Part shown: positions 63,352 through 64,000 of the stretch, in pieces | Position numbering within the stretch: the stretch's first letter is position 1 | How the letters are laid out: each line of letters opens with the position of its first letter | DNA from: Chitinophagaceae bacterium | GTDB lineage: Bacteria > Bacteroidota > Bacteroidia > Chitinophagales > Chitinophagaceae | Assembly: GCA_036676905.1 (NCBI GenBank) | Contig: JAKFCE010000006.1 | Span: forward strand, 235,402-299,401 | DNA length: 64,000 nt | Direction of reading: 5' to 3' | Translations under genes and position numbers: made by a program | The notes under the pieces: model-generated | Told to the model about the DNA's origin: nothing | What the model saw: only the letters and a program-made list of their open reading frames with translations | Database searches by the model: none

Positions 63352-64000
63352 ATCGCTTGCTGCAGGTCGGCTATGATATCTTCTGCATCCTCCACGCCTA
63401 CGCTGAGGCGAATCAAGGAATCCGATAATCCGTTCTTGATCCTCTCCTCTCTCGGAATGGAAGCATGCGTCATGGATGCGGGGTGATTGATCAACGACTC
63501 CACGCCACCCAGGCTTTCCGCCAGCGCAAACAGTTTAGTAGACGATAATACACGGTTGGTATTCTCCATGCTCTCATCCTTCAAGGTGAAGCTGATCATG
63601 CCGCCGAAGCCACGCATTTGTTTTTTCGCAATGTCGTGGTTGGGATGATCTTCAAAACCGCACCAGTAGACCTTGCCTACTTTCTGGTGGGTGCGCAGGT
63701 AACGGGCTACCTTCTCTCCATTTTCGCAATGGCGCTCCATGCGCAGGTGGAGGGTCTTGATACCGCGCAGCACCAGGAAGCAATCCATGGGACCGGGCAC
63801 GGCGCCGCAGCTTTTCTGGATGAAATATAATTTTTCTCTCAGGTCAGCGTCATTCATCACCAGGGCACCCTGGATCACGTCGCTATGGCCGCCCAGGTAC
63901 TTGGTGGAAGAATGCATCACGAGGTCTGCGCCCAGATCGAGGGGATTCTGCAGATAAGGAGAGGCAAAAGTATTGTCCACGCAAAGCAGCACATTATGCT
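63345..64000 (-). CDS. Cys/Met-metabolism PLP-dependent enzyme (cystathionine beta-lyase/gamma-synthase family), 5'-truncated by the window edge
   Basis: VDNTFASPYLQNPLDLGADLVMHSSTKYLGGHSD contains the PLP lysine. The frame stays open to position 64000. The stop TGA 63345-63347 lies inside a heptamer array. Confidence 0.88.
   Translation of the reverse strand, partial: HNVLLCVDNTFASPYLQNPLDLGADLVMHSSTKYLGGHSDVIQGALVMNDADLREKLYFIQKSCGAVPGPMDCFLVLRGIKTLHLRMERHCENGEKVARYLRTHQKVGKVYWCGFEDHPNHDIAKKQMRGFGGMISFTLKDESMENTNRVLSSTKLFALAESLGGVESLINHPASMTHASIPREERIKNGLSDSLIRLSVGVEDAEDIIADLQQAIG

Noticed and set aside
1-64000. Search for a mobile element, prophage, defence island, toxin-antitoxin pair, retron or DGR
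   Set aside because: There is no integrase, transposase, recombinase, reverse transcriptase, nuclease-helicase pair, tRNA attachment site or long inverted/direct repeats. Gene content is core metabolism and I noticed no obvious compositional break on reading (not computed). I could not support any such call.

Overview
This is a densely packed 64-kb stretch of chromosomal core genome with about 67 CDS on both strands. It most likely comes from a member of Bacteroidota, probably Chitinophagales. Supporting signs are a GldH gliding lipoprotein, a T9SS C-terminal sorting domain, an S46 dipeptidyl-peptidase, a GH3/beta-lactamase fusion, lipobox and signal peptides, TAnnTTTG-like boxes and almost no Shine-Dalgarno sequences. 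The content is housekeeping: mutL, pheS, cysS, obg, tadA, dusB, rlmD, lpxD, lptB, psd, cdsA, metF, Fe/Mn superoxide dismutase, yicC, gldH and a histidine kinase/OmpR-type regulator pair. There are also peptidoglycan and peptide salvage enzymes and a phenylacetyl-CoA oxygenase cluster (paaE, paaABCD, DUF3574 gene, paaG, paaI, membrane gene, paaY). I found no rRNA or tRNA gene, CRISPR array, integrase, transposase, phage gene, toxin-antitoxin pair or recognisable defence gene, and nothing that looks like an acquired island. I cannot honestly point to a novel multi-gene system here. The one signal the gene map does not explain is a set of short tandem oligonucleotide arrays with 7-, 8- and 9-nt units. 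They fall into at least five sequence families at about 17 loci and, apart from the last codons of a few genes, are confined to intergenic spacers. About nine of them start on, contain or closely follow the stop codon of the upstream gene in a fixed orientation. Lesser second-look items:
- an orphan intrinsic terminator preceded by a UUCG-capped hairpin upstream of yicC (candidate sRNA or leader)
- an untracked 55-codon ORF with its own terminator
- an arginase-fold protein whose metal ligands look degenerate
- a Q/P repeat tail on the PSP1/RicT homolog
- two non-paa genes inserted in the paa cluster
- several ATGA-coupled gene pairs that join a known enzyme to an unknown small protein
All functional calls rest on by-eye motif recognition. 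No database search, alignment or folding program was run.
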